Positions 1-11,212 of a stretch of 64,000 bases of DNA are shown here, piece by piece (the stretch's first letter is position 1; every line of letters starts with the position of its first letter). The stretch covers positions 96,001-160,000 of the forward strand of contig CAVQBA010000002.1 in NCBI GenBank assembly GCA_963710605.1. Direction: 5' to 3'. The notes beneath the pieces were generated by a model that made no database searches, was not told the origin of the DNA, and worked only from the letters and a program-made list of their open reading frames with translations. Both the position numbers and the translations under genes were made by a program. Origin of the DNA: an uncultured cyanobacterium (lineage in GTDB: Bacteria; Cyanobacteriota; Cyanobacteriia; Cyanobacteriales; Cyanobacteriaceae).

Positions 1-79
1 TTTGTTAATCGTCAAACATTTTTGTTTTCGTATTAAACAGTAGATTATACATGATTACTCACAAAACGGAACAATAAAA

Positions 80-658
80 TTAATTTTTATTATTATTGTC
101 GAGAAAAACAATTTCTAAACGATCGCCTGGTTGAATATCAAGTTCAACTGCTCTTCCTCCTGCAAGCTCAATTACTTGATTGATAAAACCTTCAGAATAA
201 TAAGCAGGACAAGGGTTTTCGGTACATGGAGGAACATTATGAGCGATCGAATTAACGACACCATTGCTTACAAAAATCATATCTAAAGAAATAGAGACAT
301 TTTTCATCCAAAAACTAGCGATGATTGGTTCTTTAAAATCAAATAACATACCTCGATTTTCAGCTAAGGACGATCGATACATCAAACCAAGTGCTTGTTG
401 TTCTGGGGTAACGGCTACTTCTAAATCAATTATATTTTGATCGTTAATTAATAACTGAGCAGTTATGGGTAAACTTTGTTCTTGATTTGATTGGTTCATT
501 GTTTGCTCGTGATGTGCTTTTAGTTTTTTTATTTCGGCTTTTCCTATCGGCACATCAACAAAACTACAACCATTAATCAACAAATGTAAACAAAATATTA
601 TCCCTAATTTCCAATAACGTGGCAAACTATCTATGACCTCATTTAAGAATTTAGACAA
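80..658 (-). CDS. DUF192 domain protein, probably a lipoprotein
   Basis: EVAVTPEQQALGLMYR, RGMLF, FWMKNV..SLDMIF and VIELAGG motifs of DUF192; hydrophobic N-region ending LINGC. Confidence 0.85.
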   Translation of the reverse strand: MSKFLNEVIDSLPRYWKLGIIFCLHLLINGCSFVDVPIGKAEIKKLKAHHEQTMNQSNQEQSLPITAQLLINDQNIIDLEVAVTPEQQALGLMYRSSLAENRGMLFDFKEPIIASFWMKNVSISLDMIFVSNGVVNSIAHNVPPCTENPCPAYYSEGFINQVIELAGGRAVELDIQPGDRLEIVFLDNNNKN

Positions 659-723
659 CTAGGCTAACATATAATAGTGAAATAATAACACCAAAAAATC
701 GTTTCAATTATTAATTATTTAAG

Positions 724-1545
724 TTATTTTTCACCATAAAGAATATCCAACTCTTTTTGCATCTGACGAACTACTAAATTGTAACATTCGTTTACATAGT
801 TTTTATCTTTACTAGCTCGATTACCGTAACGTTCAAAATTAACTGGTTGACAGACACGAGTTGTTATTTTTCCGGGTAAAGAAATATTTGGTAATGGCCC
901 AATTCCTATACCCCAAGGTAAACCTAAATAAAGAGGAAAGACTTCTGGATCTATATCAAACAACCATGGAAACAAACCTCGATCGTGAAGTTGTTTTACT
1001 TGCTCATAAAAGTCAGCCATGACAAAAATTGTTTCATGAGCTCCTTTAGAAATCAAAGGTACGATCGGTAAAGAGTAACGGATTGCCAATTTAACAAACC
1101 CTGTTCTCCCCATAAATTTGATTTGATCTCTTTGATTATAAGGACGAAATACATCTTGCGCACCACCGGGATAAACCAAAACACTTGCCCCTTTCTCGAT
1201 TGCGGACATTGCTACTTTCGGATGAGCTCTTATCGCTCCTGTTTTACCTGCTAAAATTCCCACGTAATGATAAAGAGTCCATGCAGTAGGGTGCATCAAA
1301 CCATAAATTAAACGATCGGTACCAAAACAACGAAACCAATCGTACATTATCATGATGGTATCAGGAGCGGCTAAGCCACCGTTATGAGAACCAACTAGTA
1401 AGACTTGACCTGAGGGAATATTTTCCCAGCCACTGGTTTGTACTTGAAAATAATAGCGATAAAGAAGTTGCCAAATCGGCATCAATTTTTTAATTGTTTC
1501 AGGATCTCTTTTATTCAAAGACCATCCCATATCTGTTTTATCCAT
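724..1545 (-). CDS. Lysophospholipid/glycerol acyltransferase family protein
   Basis: VGSHNGGLAAPD (HxxxxxxD variant) and VLVYPGG motifs. Confidence 0.85.
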   Translation of the reverse strand: MDKTDMGWSLNKRDPETIKKLMPIWQLLYRYYFQVQTSGWENIPSGQVLLVGSHNGGLAAPDTIMIMYDWFRCFGTDRLIYGLMHPTAWTLYHYVGILAGKTGAIRAHPKVAMSAIEKGASVLVYPGGAQDVFRPYNQRDQIKFMGRTGFVKLAIRYSLPIVPLISKGAHETIFVMADFYEQVKQLHDRGLFPWLFDIDPEVFPLYLGLPWGIGIGPLPNISLPGKITTRVCQPVNFERYGNRASKDKNYVNECYNLVVRQMQKELDILYGEK

Positions 1546-2119
1546 TTTTAATCGTTACTTATATATTTATGAGTGCTAAAAAAATACCGTTTATTGTGCT
1601 ACTAATTGAAAAAATACTCGACATCATCTCAAAATGGCAAAACAAGAAAAATAAAATAAAAATTTGAATATGTTTTACCCTCCTACTAAAGATAGATGAC
1701 GATGACACATCAATATGCCACTTAGATCATTATCATTGATCTGTTAGTTAATTTGAGGGTTCGCACATTCTCAATTTATTCGGATAGCTATACTTGATAA
1801 TTTTTAAGTCGGGTTATTAAAAAAAGACTATTTACAAAGTATAACATTATCAAAGACTCAAAAAATATTATCCATTTAAACTACTATAGACAAGAAGTTT
1901 TTTAATTATTATGATTATCTACTTATCAATGATAATCTTGTTTCTAGGCAATTATTCCTAATTTAATTAGTTATATTTTTAATTGACAAAATTTAATTAG
2001 AAAGCAGAAATATCTAACTTTTGATAGATGTTAGAAAGAGAAATAAATGAAGATATTATCTGATTAATTTTTTTAAATCAAATTGGTAAAAACTAGGTAC
2101 TTTTTTTTAAGATTACTGA

Positions 2120-4048
2120 TCAATTCATGTAGTTAGTAATCCAAAGACATTGATAAGGTTTAAGAGTATATTTAAAATGAATATTATCGATCGTTTTTTT
2201 ACTAATAAGATCAAACCAACCATCTAAATCAATTAAATTTAGTTGAGAGAGGATTAAATTTTGGCATTGATTACTCAGATTGTGAATACAAAAAATACTT
2301 TGTTCTCGATCGATACTTTGCCGCCAAAAAGCGAATAAAGCCCTATTTAAAGGATGCAAGGTATATTGAGTCGCATTAGGATGAAAAGCAGGTTGCTGAC
2401 GACGTAATCTAATCAAACCAGATAATTTATTCAAAACTATACTTTGATTAGAAGCAGAATCATTTAAACAAGTACTAAGTTGTTCGTAATCCCATTTGTG
2501 ACGATTAATTGCTCGATTATGACCAGTTTTAGCAACATTATCTAAATCATTATCTGTTGCCAGCAAATTGTGAAGATAAAAAGCAGGAATCCCTTCTAAA
2601 CCAAGCATGATTGTCTGTGAACATAAAAACCGTTCAATTTGCCATTCATCTTCTCCTTTAACAGTGCCTTTCATTGCCGAAAACCAAGCGATATTAATTT
2701 CGTAAGGAGAATCACTACCATCAGACTTTTGCCGATAACTAATTTTACCGCCAAATTTTTTCATGGTTTCTAACAAGGCTTGATACTCTTCTTCTTTTAA
2801 CAAACCTTTAGCCGGAAGTAAACCGATTCCATCATGAGAAGCCGTAAAATTGAGATAAGCACAACCTTTTTGAGCAGGTGGCATCCGCATCATCCATGTT
2901 TTTAAATGATCTGATTTACCTTGCATCAAAGCATTCAGTAATAAAGGAGGTAAACTAAAGTTATAGATTATATGAGCTTCATTACGGTTACCAAAATAAC
3001 TTAAATTTTCCCAGTTAGGTACATTTGTCTCAGTGATAATCGCAATACTGGGATCGAGCATTTGGACAATTTCTCGAATTAAACGAATAACTGTATGAGT
3101 TTGAGGTAAATGGATACAAGTAGTACCAATTTCTTTCCATAAAAAACCAATTCCATCTAGACGAATAGATTTAATTCCTAATTCAACATAGAAAATAATA
3201 ATTTTGATATATTCGAGTAAAACATCTGGGTTAGCAAAATTAAGATCAATTTGATCAGCACTAAATGTTGTCCAAACGTGTTTTTTTCCTGTTTTAGTAA
3301 CCACAGAGGTTAGTAAAGGGATACTACGAGGGCGAACTACTTGAGATAAATCTATGTATGGTTCAACTTCGATAAAATAATTACAACCGGGTTTTTCTCT
3401 ATCCACAAATTGCTTAAACCATTTATGTTCGCTAGAAACATGATTAATCACTAAATCGATCATTAATTTGTATTTTGAAGCGATCGTTCTAATCTGCTCC
3501 CAATCACCTAAACTAGGGTTAACCGTCAAATAATCGATCACCGCAAAACCATCATCAGAGCTATAAGGATTAAACGGTAAGATATGTACCCCTGTAATAG
3601 TTTGTTGTAAATATTTAGCCAAAAAATTAGCTAAGGTATTCAGTGGTTTTTCTTCTGTAGAACAGCAAATAGTATCACCGTAAGTTATCAACTGTACGTC
3701 ATCTTCACTCCATTTATCTAAATCTACTGTCATTGATTGAGCAAATTTATTACTGACTAATTGATAAATTTTTTGACTTAAATCTGAGGCTATCTCCTCT
3801 CCATATATTTGTACCAATAAAAAGTTGGTTTTCAATGCAAAATGCTGGTATCGATCATCAACTTGAGGTTGTTGAGCTATTGATATTGGAGAAGAAGTTT
3901 GTTTTTCGGCTTCTAGATTATCATTGATGAGAAGTTGATATATTTTAGTTAATTTCTCTTTTTGATCATTTTTGGGTTCTAATTGCTTTAATAAAGAAGT
4001 TACTTTTTGGTATAAGTCTTGAGCCGAAACATCATATTTATTAACCAT
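2120..4048 (-). CDS. GH13 sucrose-phosphorylase-family enzyme, glucosylglycerate phosphorylase/YcjM-like
   Basis: LITYGD, HILPF..SSDDGF, DLVINH, IRLDGIGFLWK, ITETNVP and ASHDGIG conserved regions. Confidence 0.85.
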   Translation of the reverse strand: MVNKYDVSAQDLYQKVTSLLKQLEPKNDQKEKLTKIYQLLINDNLEAEKQTSSPISIAQQPQVDDRYQHFALKTNFLLVQIYGEEIASDLSQKIYQLVSNKFAQSMTVDLDKWSEDDVQLITYGDTICCSTEEKPLNTLANFLAKYLQQTITGVHILPFNPYSSDDGFAVIDYLTVNPSLGDWEQIRTIASKYKLMIDLVINHVSSEHKWFKQFVDREKPGCNYFIEVEPYIDLSQVVRPRSIPLLTSVVTKTGKKHVWTTFSADQIDLNFANPDVLLEYIKIIIFYVELGIKSIRLDGIGFLWKEIGTTCIHLPQTHTVIRLIREIVQMLDPSIAIITETNVPNWENLSYFGNRNEAHIIYNFSLPPLLLNALMQGKSDHLKTWMMRMPPAQKGCAYLNFTASHDGIGLLPAKGLLKEEEYQALLETMKKFGGKISYRQKSDGSDSPYEINIAWFSAMKGTVKGEDEWQIERFLCSQTIMLGLEGIPAFYLHNLLATDNDLDNVAKTGHNRAINRHKWDYEQLSTCLNDSASNQSIVLNKLSGLIRLRRQQPAFHPNATQYTLHPLNRALFAFWRQSIDREQSIFCIHNLSNQCQNLILSQLNLIDLDGWFDLISKKTIDNIHFKYTLKPYQCLWITNYMN

Positions 4049-4170
4049 AGCCTCAATCTAAACTACTTTCCTTTTACCTGAATTTTAATCTAAACGAACT
4101 ATGGTAACGACGTAGTTATCATTTATACCATTATCTTAACTATACGATCGTTGCTACGAACATTTTGTCT

Positions 4171-5664
4171 TCAAAAAAGAGAAGGTATTTTACTTAAATC
4201 CAAATTTTCTTCTAATAAGTCAGCAATTGAATCGAGAAGACTTTCTCGTTGCTCACGATAATTATTGATTCCTGTGGGTAATTTAGGTAAACCCCGTTTT
4301 TGTCTTAATATATTTAACCACGATCGTCGCCATGCACCGTTATCAAAAATACCATGTAAATAACAACCCCAAACAGATTGATTTTGGTCAACTAAACCTA
4401 AACTAGGATCATCAAATAAATAAAAAAAGTTGATTTTACTTTGTTTACTCAAAGCAGGTATCACTTGTGTATATCCTTGATGAATTTCGTAACCATCTAT
4501 CGGTAATCCTTGATGAGGAAAATTAGCTGATACTTGTCTTATGCGAGTAATTTTCTCAGGTTTTAAAGTAGTTTGTATCGGCAATAAATCTAGCCCTGCA
4601 CAAACAGCATTTTCTGTACTTTCTAAGTTATCGGGGTCTAATATTTGATTACCTAACATTTGAAAACCGCCACAAATACCTAAAACAGTACCTCCTGCTT
4701 CGATATAATCTTGTATTTGCTTAAGCATTCCTGTTTCGTGTAAAACCATCAAGTCAGAAATCGTTGTTTTCGTACCGGGTAAAATGATGGCATCAGGATA
4801 ACCTAAATTTTGCTCAGGTTTAAGATACTCAATAAATACACCTTCTTCGCTCTCAAGAGGATCAAAATCAGTAAAATTAGAAATACGAGGTAATCTAATA
4901 ATATTAATTTTTAATTCATAATTATTTTTTTTAGTTGGTCGATCGAGTAAACTCAAAGAATCTTCAGAAGGTAAAGCCGATTCAAACCAAGGAATGACAC
5001 CTAAAACCGGTATTTTGGTATATTCTTCTAACCATTCAATCCCCGGTGTCAAAATAGAAACATCACCTCTAAATTTGTTAATAACTATACCTTTAACTAA
5101 TGCTCTTTCTTCTGGCTCCAATAGTTCTAAAGTACCAACTATATGAGCAAAAACACCACCTCTTTCAATATCAGCGACTAAAATAGTATTAGCATTAAGA
5201 TATTTAGCAACACGCATATTAGTTAAATCTCGATGCTTGAGATTAATTTCCACTGGGCTACCTGCACCTTCACAGACAATTAAATCAAATTCCTTAGCTA
5301 AGGTATCAAGGCTTTGAGTAATAGCTTCCCAACCAATCTGAAAATAATTTTGATAATAATCTTTAGCATTAGTTACACCGACAACTCTTCCTTTGATGAT
5401 TACTTGAGAAGTCATATCACCTTGAGGCTTAAGCAAAATAGGATTCATTTCCACTGTCGGTACAGTTTTCGCTCCCCATGCTTGTAGTGCTTGGGCGTAA
5501 CCTATTTCCCCTGCTGTTGGTGTAACATAAGCATTTAAAGCCATATTTTGCCCTTTAAATGGTGTTACTGCCCATCCCTGACGCCAAAGTAATCGACACA
5601 AACCAGTTACTAATGATGATTTACCAACATGGGATGCTGTACCCACTACCATAATTGCTTTCAT
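4171..5664 (-). CDS. cobQ: Cobyric acid synthase
   Basis: GTASHVGKS, PFKGQNMALN, EGAGSP, ISNFTDFDPL, GICGGFQMLG and GCYLHGIF; ATG at 5664 preferred over the track start 5685. Confidence 0.95.
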   Translation of the reverse strand: MKAIMVVGTASHVGKSSLVTGLCRLLWRQGWAVTPFKGQNMALNAYVTPTAGEIGYAQALQAWGAKTVPTVEMNPILLKPQGDMTSQVIIKGRVVGVTNAKDYYQNYFQIGWEAITQSLDTLAKEFDLIVCEGAGSPVEINLKHRDLTNMRVAKYLNANTILVADIERGGVFAHIVGTLELLEPEERALVKGIVINKFRGDVSILTPGIEWLEEYTKIPVLGVIPWFESALPSEDSLSLLDRPTKKNNYELKINIIRLPRISNFTDFDPLESEEGVFIEYLKPEQNLGYPDAIILPGTKTTISDLMVLHETGMLKQIQDYIEAGGTVLGICGGFQMLGNQILDPDNLESTENAVCAGLDLLPIQTTLKPEKITRIRQVSANFPHQGLPIDGYEIHQGYTQVIPALSKQSKINFFYLFDDPSLGLVDQNQSVWGCYLHGIFDNGAWRRSWLNILRQKRGLPKLPTGINNYREQRESLLDSIADLLEENLDLSKIPSLF

Positions 5665-5669
5665 CTTTT

Positions 5670-6083
5670 TTATCCCCACTGCCAATTTATAATCCTATTC
5701 CATAAATTACCCAAACGATCGAAAATTGTTGCTTGAGGAATTTCACCTGTTTGTTTTTGCCAATTATTAACAATCTTTCTGCCTAAAGGTGTTAAACGAA
5801 AACTATCTGTGATACCTTGCCCATCTACTTCTCGACGCAAAATACCAACTCTGATTAACCACATTAATTCTTGTTCTACTTTATTTTCGCTAATACTTTG
5901 ATGTGTATAATCTCTTTCTACTCCTCTAGATAAAGCAATATCTTTAAGATCAACACTTGTATTGATCATCTTGGTAAATAAGTTTAATTTAAAATGGGTA
6001 CAAATAAGAGCTTTTTCTCCTCTTTTGATTGTACTAGGTGCATAATAAATTTCCGTGGTAGGTGATTTTAAAGAGGATGTCAT
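5670..6083 (-). CDS. Conserved cyanobacterial protein, Npun_F0494-like
   Basis: LMWLIRVGILRREVDGQGITDSFRLTPLG motif; directly upstream of cobQ. Confidence 0.75.
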   Translation of the reverse strand: MTSSLKSPTTEIYYAPSTIKRGEKALICTHFKLNLFTKMINTSVDLKDIALSRGVERDYTHQSISENKVEQELMWLIRVGILRREVDGQGITDSFRLTPLGRKIVNNWQKQTGEIPQATIFDRLGNLWNRIINWQWG

Positions 6084-6216
6084 GTCAAAATAATGAGAAA
6101 CAACTAAATAACGCTAAAAATAAGTTGACTTTTGCTTTTTTTTGCTCTGGATTGGTCAATATAATAATATATTGTACTAGGAATTATTAGTTTATTTTGC
6201 TTATTTCAATTGAGGA

Positions 6217-6452
6217 ATGAAAATATTGTTTAAAAAATCAATTTAAATAGTTAACTTGAGTATTTGATTAATTATTCCCATTAATGTTGCTTTGTCTCAA
6301 AATACATCAACTAGTTTTGATAATTGGTGTAGTCAAAAAGAATCTTTATCGGCTGAAACTCAAAAAAACTTACAGGAATGATACATACATAATAATCTGT
6401 GTTTCTCGTCAGTTTTGTCCTGATAATCAAGAAGGTTTATGTTTTTTAGGTA
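6217..6452 (+). pseudogene. Remnant of a secreted LRR/internalin-like protein
   Basis: GAGG + ATG at 6217, broken signal peptide, then SFDNWCSQKESLSAETQK and a terminal FCPDNQEGLCF; no LRR repeats in between. Confidence 0.45.
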
Positions 6453-6524
6453 ACAAATAATAATTATCACCTTGAATTTGTTATACTGCTGTGATTAATA
6501 ATTAAATTTAGTATTTTAATCTCT

Positions 6525-7373
6525 GTGGAAATTCAAAAAGAAAAGATAAAAGTTGGTCAATTTGATTGGTTTTATCGTCAAACTGAACCTGTAGAAAATA
6601 GCGAGAAGATTCCGGTTGTTTTATTACATGGCTTATTTTCTCAAAGTTATTGTTGGTCAGAAATTATGCCGAGCTTAGCTGAATATGGTTATCGATCGAT
6701 CGCTCCTGATTGGTTAGGCTGGGGTTTATCTGACAAACCAGAAAAAAAAGATTTTCCTTATACTGTTGATAGTTTTATTGAAGCTTTTAGTAGTTTTATT
6801 GAAGAGTTAAATCTTGAAAAAATTTCTTTAGTTGTCCAAGGTTTTTTAGCTACTGTTGGAATTCAATATGCTTTAAAAAATTCTGAAAAAATTGATCATT
6901 TAATAATTCTTAATTCTCCTATTTATCAAGGTGCAAAACTGCCTTGGCAAATCGCTCAATGTGGCTTTCCTTTTTTAGGTGATATGATTACACAAGATCC
7001 TTTGATTGTCGATCGAACTTTAGAAAAAGGAACAGGTTTTGTGATCTCTGATTATAATCTGGCTTTGTATCGTAAACCAATTACCTCTTCTTCAGCTTCA
7101 GGAAGAATGCTAGTTAATATCATCAAAAAACTACAACTACCTCAAGTAACAACTGAAATTGAAACAGGCTTAAAAAATTGGCAAAAACCTTGTTTGATTA
7201 TTTGGGGAAAAGATGATCCCTGGTTAGATTTTGAAGCGGTAGAAGCTTTAGTTAAAACTAATCCCGAATTAAAATTATTTGCTTTAGATGAAGCTAAACA
7301 TTACCCGCAAGAGCATTTTTCTCCAGAAATGACACCAACTTTAATTAATTTTTTAGGAAGCTACAAGAATTAG
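6525..7373 (+). CDS. Alpha/beta fold hydrolase
   Basis: VVLLHG, APDWLGWGLSDKP, IIWGKDDPW and AKHYPQEH. Confidence 0.85.
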   Translation: MEIQKEKIKVGQFDWFYRQTEPVENSEKIPVVLLHGLFSQSYCWSEIMPSLAEYGYRSIAPDWLGWGLSDKPEKKDFPYTVDSFIEAFSSFIEELNLEKISLVVQGFLATVGIQYALKNSEKIDHLIILNSPIYQGAKLPWQIAQCGFPFLGDMITQDPLIVDRTLEKGTGFVISDYNLALYRKPITSSSASGRMLVNIIKKLQLPQVTTEIETGLKNWQKPCLIIWGKDDPWLDFEAVEALVKTNPELKLFALDEAKHYPQEHFSPEMTPTLINFLGSYKN

Positions 7374-7418
7374 TAATTATTTATTTATTCATTTGTGTCG
7401 GATTTGCAAAAAAATCGT

Positions 7419-7447
7419 AAAGGCTTAGCACGCGCTAAGCCCTTTTT
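7419..7447. terminator. Putative bidirectional intrinsic terminator
   Basis: aaaGGCTTAGC-acgc-GCTAAGCCcttttt hairpin between convergent genes. Confidence 0.7.
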
Positions 7448-7475
7448 CACGAATTAATCAATTGTTGTCAATTTA

Positions 7476-8795
7476 TTACTGACCTAATTTTGAATTAACT
7501 AGCTGTAAATTACGAAGATAATTAGCTTGTTCGTTTCTTAAAACCGAAATAGCTTTCAAATACTGACTATCTGATCTAGTACCAATCAAATCAGGATTTT
7601 GTCTTAACATTCTGATTTCTCGCTTACTTAAACCATGAAACACATCAGGAACGATACCTTTTTTACTAATATTGATACCACTAGGAGGAAAATAACGAGA
7701 AATTGTAACGGCTAATCCCGAACCATCAGAAAGAGAATGCACTGATTGTACTGTACCTTTACCAAAAGTATTAGTACCCACAATAACACCACGGCGATTC
7801 TCTTTTAATGCACCTGCCAAAATTTCACTAGCACTAGCTGAATTGTTGTCAACTAAAACAACTAAAGGTAAATCAGTAATTGCTGAATTATTAGCACTAA
7901 ACATTTGATGCCCACCTTGTCTGTTGACAATATCAACAATTTCCCCTTGATTCATCAGCATTCTGGCAATATCGACACTAGCAAATAATAAACCTCCCGG
8001 ATTACCTCTTAAATCTAAGATGAAACCTTGTGCTTGTTGCTTGTTTAATTCTTCGATCGCTTCAAACATTTGTTCGGCGGCATGAGAGCTAAATTCATCT
8101 AATTTGATGTACCCAACATTCAAATTTCCTTCTTTTTTAAGATTGTATTCAACTGAAGGCACTTCAATTTGAGCTCTAGTAATACTAACTGAAAAAGCAT
8201 TTTGTCCACGTCTGCCTATTTCTAACTGAACATCTGTTCCTAATTCTCCTTTTAAGGCTTCTGATGCTTGTTCTAAATCCATCAATGCGGTTGGTTTGCC
8301 GTCAATTCTGACAATACGATCGCCTCTTTTTAATCCTTCTTCCATCGCCGGAGATGTTTTAATGGTATCGATAATGACTAAATCTTGAGTGCGTGGATCG
8401 ATCGCAATCCGTATGCCGACGCCTGAAACTTCCCCTGAGGTTTGATTGGTTAAAACTTCAAACTGTTGTGGTGCTAAAAAACGAGTATAGGGATCACCTA
8501 ATTCTTTTAAAGCTTGATTAATCGCTTTATAGGCTTCTTTGTTATCACGATAATCTTGAGTTAAAAGTTCTTCTCTTTTGGTTTTCCAATCAACTTGATT
8601 AAAACCACCATCAACAAATTCTTGATGCACAATTTGCCAGACTTCATCTACTACCGCTTTGGGGTTATTCACCATTTCGGCTTTAGCTTCAAAAGGTACA
8701 ACGCCTTGTAGCAAACCTCCTGTGATTAAGGTTACTAAAAACGAAGATGCGATCGATTTGCGAGTAGAATGTTTTGCTTTGGCTGACTGATTCAT
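7476..8795 (-). CDS. ctpB: Carboxyl-terminal processing protease (S41, PDZ), CtpB-like
   Basis: DPYTRFL, DLRGNPGGL, SASASEI, TFGKGTVQ and signal peptide; paralogue assignment less certain than family. Confidence 0.8.
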   Translation of the reverse strand: MNQSAKAKHSTRKSIASSFLVTLITGGLLQGVVPFEAKAEMVNNPKAVVDEVWQIVHQEFVDGGFNQVDWKTKREELLTQDYRDNKEAYKAINQALKELGDPYTRFLAPQQFEVLTNQTSGEVSGVGIRIAIDPRTQDLVIIDTIKTSPAMEEGLKRGDRIVRIDGKPTALMDLEQASEALKGELGTDVQLEIGRRGQNAFSVSITRAQIEVPSVEYNLKKEGNLNVGYIKLDEFSSHAAEQMFEAIEELNKQQAQGFILDLRGNPGGLLFASVDIARMLMNQGEIVDIVNRQGGHQMFSANNSAITDLPLVVLVDNNSASASEILAGALKENRRGVIVGTNTFGKGTVQSVHSLSDGSGLAVTISRYFPPSGINISKKGIVPDVFHGLSKREIRMLRQNPDLIGTRSDSQYLKAISVLRNEQANYLRNLQLVNSKLGQ

Positions 8796-9109
8796 ATGTT
8801 ATCTGCGGGGTAAATCAATTAAGGTTCGTCTTAACTTTGGGTGTCAATATTCTAGCTTTAAGTTTTGGTGTTATTTGTATCCTATTAGCCAGTTGACTTA
8901 CTGTTAGTTATCTGTATTGTAATCAAATCATCCTCTATTTGACATTTTTTTAACTAAACTTATTTCAAATACTCAACTCTCAAGTCTTTATTCTCAAGTA
9001 TTTATTTTCTCTAATTGGTATTTTGTAGTAACCGTACTTGAACAATTACACTCATAAACTTAATAATTGTTTACAATAGAAAAACTAGACCTTAACAAAT
9101 ATTAATATA

Positions 9110-9370
9110 ATGATTCCGAATCTATTAGAAGCCACTCAAGAATACTGGCAAAAATTAGATAAACTAGAAAGTGATTATCAAGCAGGTAAAGTAACAATTG
9201 AAGAAGTTGATGCTCAAGTAGAATATCTAATGAAAGAGCTTGGACAAAAACGTAGAGCATCGATTAATTATTTCTTACGAACATTGCGTTATTCGATCGT
9301 CGAACAAAAAGAAGTCGTGATGGGGATTGCGATTTTAGGAGTACTTTCTTATTCTTGGTTACTTTTATAA
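9110..9370 (+). CDS. Small hypothetical protein with C-terminal membrane anchor
   Basis: 86-aa ORF with ATG, helical N-part and hydrophobic C-terminus. Confidence 0.65.
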   Translation: MIPNLLEATQEYWQKLDKLESDYQAGKVTIEEVDAQVEYLMKELGQKRRASINYFLRTLRYSIVEQKEVVMGIAILGVLSYSWLLL

Positions 9371-9569
9371 GCAATTTTTCTATCTAGAGATAGAGTTGTA
9401 AAAAGAAATAATGTGTAAAGTAAGTCAACCATACCCGATCGGTTTGAAAAATATAGCTATTCAAAAGCGTAAAAACTATACCATTTGATAGTGCTACCAC
9501 GATAACAGTTAACCTTATAATCAAATTATAATTGTAATTAAGAAATGTAAAGTTACTGAGATTTAAACC

Positions 9570-10251
9570 ATGGAACTAACCCAAATCAAAACATACTTAA
9601 ATAGCCCTAATCCTCAAAACAGAATGAAAGCTATTGTTGAGTTAAAAGATTACGAACCAGAAGTAGTCGTACCTTTACTCAAACAAAAAATGTATGATAA
9701 AGAATTTGTAATTCGTTCTTTTGTAGCTATGGGGTTAGGGATACAAACGTACTGATGAAGGTTATGATAGTTTATTAGATTTAATTGAAAATGATAATGA
9801 TCATAACGTAAGGGCGGAAGCGGCTAATTCTCTAGCCAAACATGGAGACAAAGCAATTCCTCACTTATTGAAATTATTCAAAAACGATTCTCATTGGTTA
9901 GTAAGACAAAGTATCTTTGCTGTGATGAGTGAAATTAATTCTCCTGATATTTTATTTCAACTTGCTAATTGGGGTTTAACTGGTAATGACTTAGTCGTTA
10001 AATTAGTCTCCATTGATAGTTTAGGTAAATTGGCTGGCACTACTTACGAAGAAAAAGCGATCGATTTTCTGTTTGATTTAACTACTCATGATATTGCCGA
10101 AGTGAGAATGGAAGTAGCTAAAGCATTAGCTAATTTTGACAATGCCAAAGCAAAAGCCGCTTTAACCGATTTAAGAAACGATACTGATTATCGAGTAATC
10201 GGTGCAACCTTAGAAAAACTCTTTAGTATGCACACAGATGTCAATAGCTAA
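9570..10251 (+). pseudogene. HEAT-repeat phycobilin-lyase-like (NblB-like) protein, frameshifted near 9740
   Basis: ORF 9570-9755 continues in another frame (YKRTDEGYDSLLDLIENDNDHNVRAEAANSL) into ORF 9868-10251; repeated HEAT_PBS motifs. Confidence 0.8.
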
Positions 10252-10331
10252 TTAAGAGATTATTTTGGTCAGAAAAGAAAATTAAACTATTGACAAAAGA
10301 CTTCAAATAGGATGCAAAATAAGTAAATAAA

Positions 10332-11147
10332 ATGACTCCAACAGTATTAATTACGGGTGCTTCTCAAGGAATTGGGAAAGCAACCGCTTTATTATTTGCC
10401 AAAAATGGTTATGACTTAGTTATCGCTTCTCGTAACGTTGAAAACCTTGAAGTCTTAGCCAAGCAAATTGAAGGAATGGGTAGAAAAGTATTAGCTATTC
10501 CTACCGATGTCAGTGAAATAGAACAAGTAGAAAGATTAATAAATCAAGCACTAGAGTATTACGAACATATTGATGTGTTAGTGAATAATGCAGGTGTTTG
10601 TATGACTGGGGCAATTTCTCAAACAGATTTAGCCGATTGGCAAAGAGTTATTAATGTTAATTTGTGGGGATATATCAATACGATTCATACTTTATTACCC
10701 CATTTTTTAGCCAAGAAAAAAGGTACGATCGTCAATGTAGGCTCGATCGGCGGTAAAATTCCTTTACCTAACATGACCGTTTATTGTACTAGCAAATACG
10801 CCGTTACAGGTATGAGCGAAACCTTAAGAATTGAATTAGAGCCTAAAGGGATTAATGTCTGTGCAGTACATCCTAGTGCGACTAATAGCGATTTTATGTC
10901 TAGAGCAGTATTTAAAGGCGAAACCGAATCACAAGCTCAACAAGCAAGACAACAAATGAGTGAATTACTCAAAAGCCCGATCGCTAGTAAACCAGAAGAT
11001 GTAGCTCAAGCAATTTGGAAAACCGTAAAAAATCCTCAAGCTGAAGTTGTTGTCGGCACAGGAGTTTTTCCTACTTATTTATATAAAATAGCTCCTCGAA
11101 TTACTCAATGGTTTATGCAACAAGCAACGGTAAACAATGAACAATAA
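10332..11147 (+). CDS. SDR family oxidoreductase
   Basis: TGASQGIG, NNAG and YCTSK. Confidence 0.92.
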   Translation: MTPTVLITGASQGIGKATALLFAKNGYDLVIASRNVENLEVLAKQIEGMGRKVLAIPTDVSEIEQVERLINQALEYYEHIDVLVNNAGVCMTGAISQTDLADWQRVINVNLWGYINTIHTLLPHFLAKKKGTIVNVGSIGGKIPLPNMTVYCTSKYAVTGMSETLRIELEPKGINVCAVHPSATNSDFMSRAVFKGETESQAQQARQQMSELLKSPIASKPEDVAQAIWKTVKNPQAEVVVGTGVFPTYLYKIAPRITQWFMQQATVNNEQ

Positions 11148-11153
11148 ATAATT

Positions 11154-11207
11154 AACTCCTTACTCATTACTCCTTACTCCTTACTCCTTACTCCTTACTT
11201 ATTACTC
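11154..11207. repeat. Heptamer tandem repeat (TACTCCT)n, STRR type
   Basis: Direct reading of the intergenic array. Confidence 0.85.
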
Positions 11208-11212
11208 GAATC

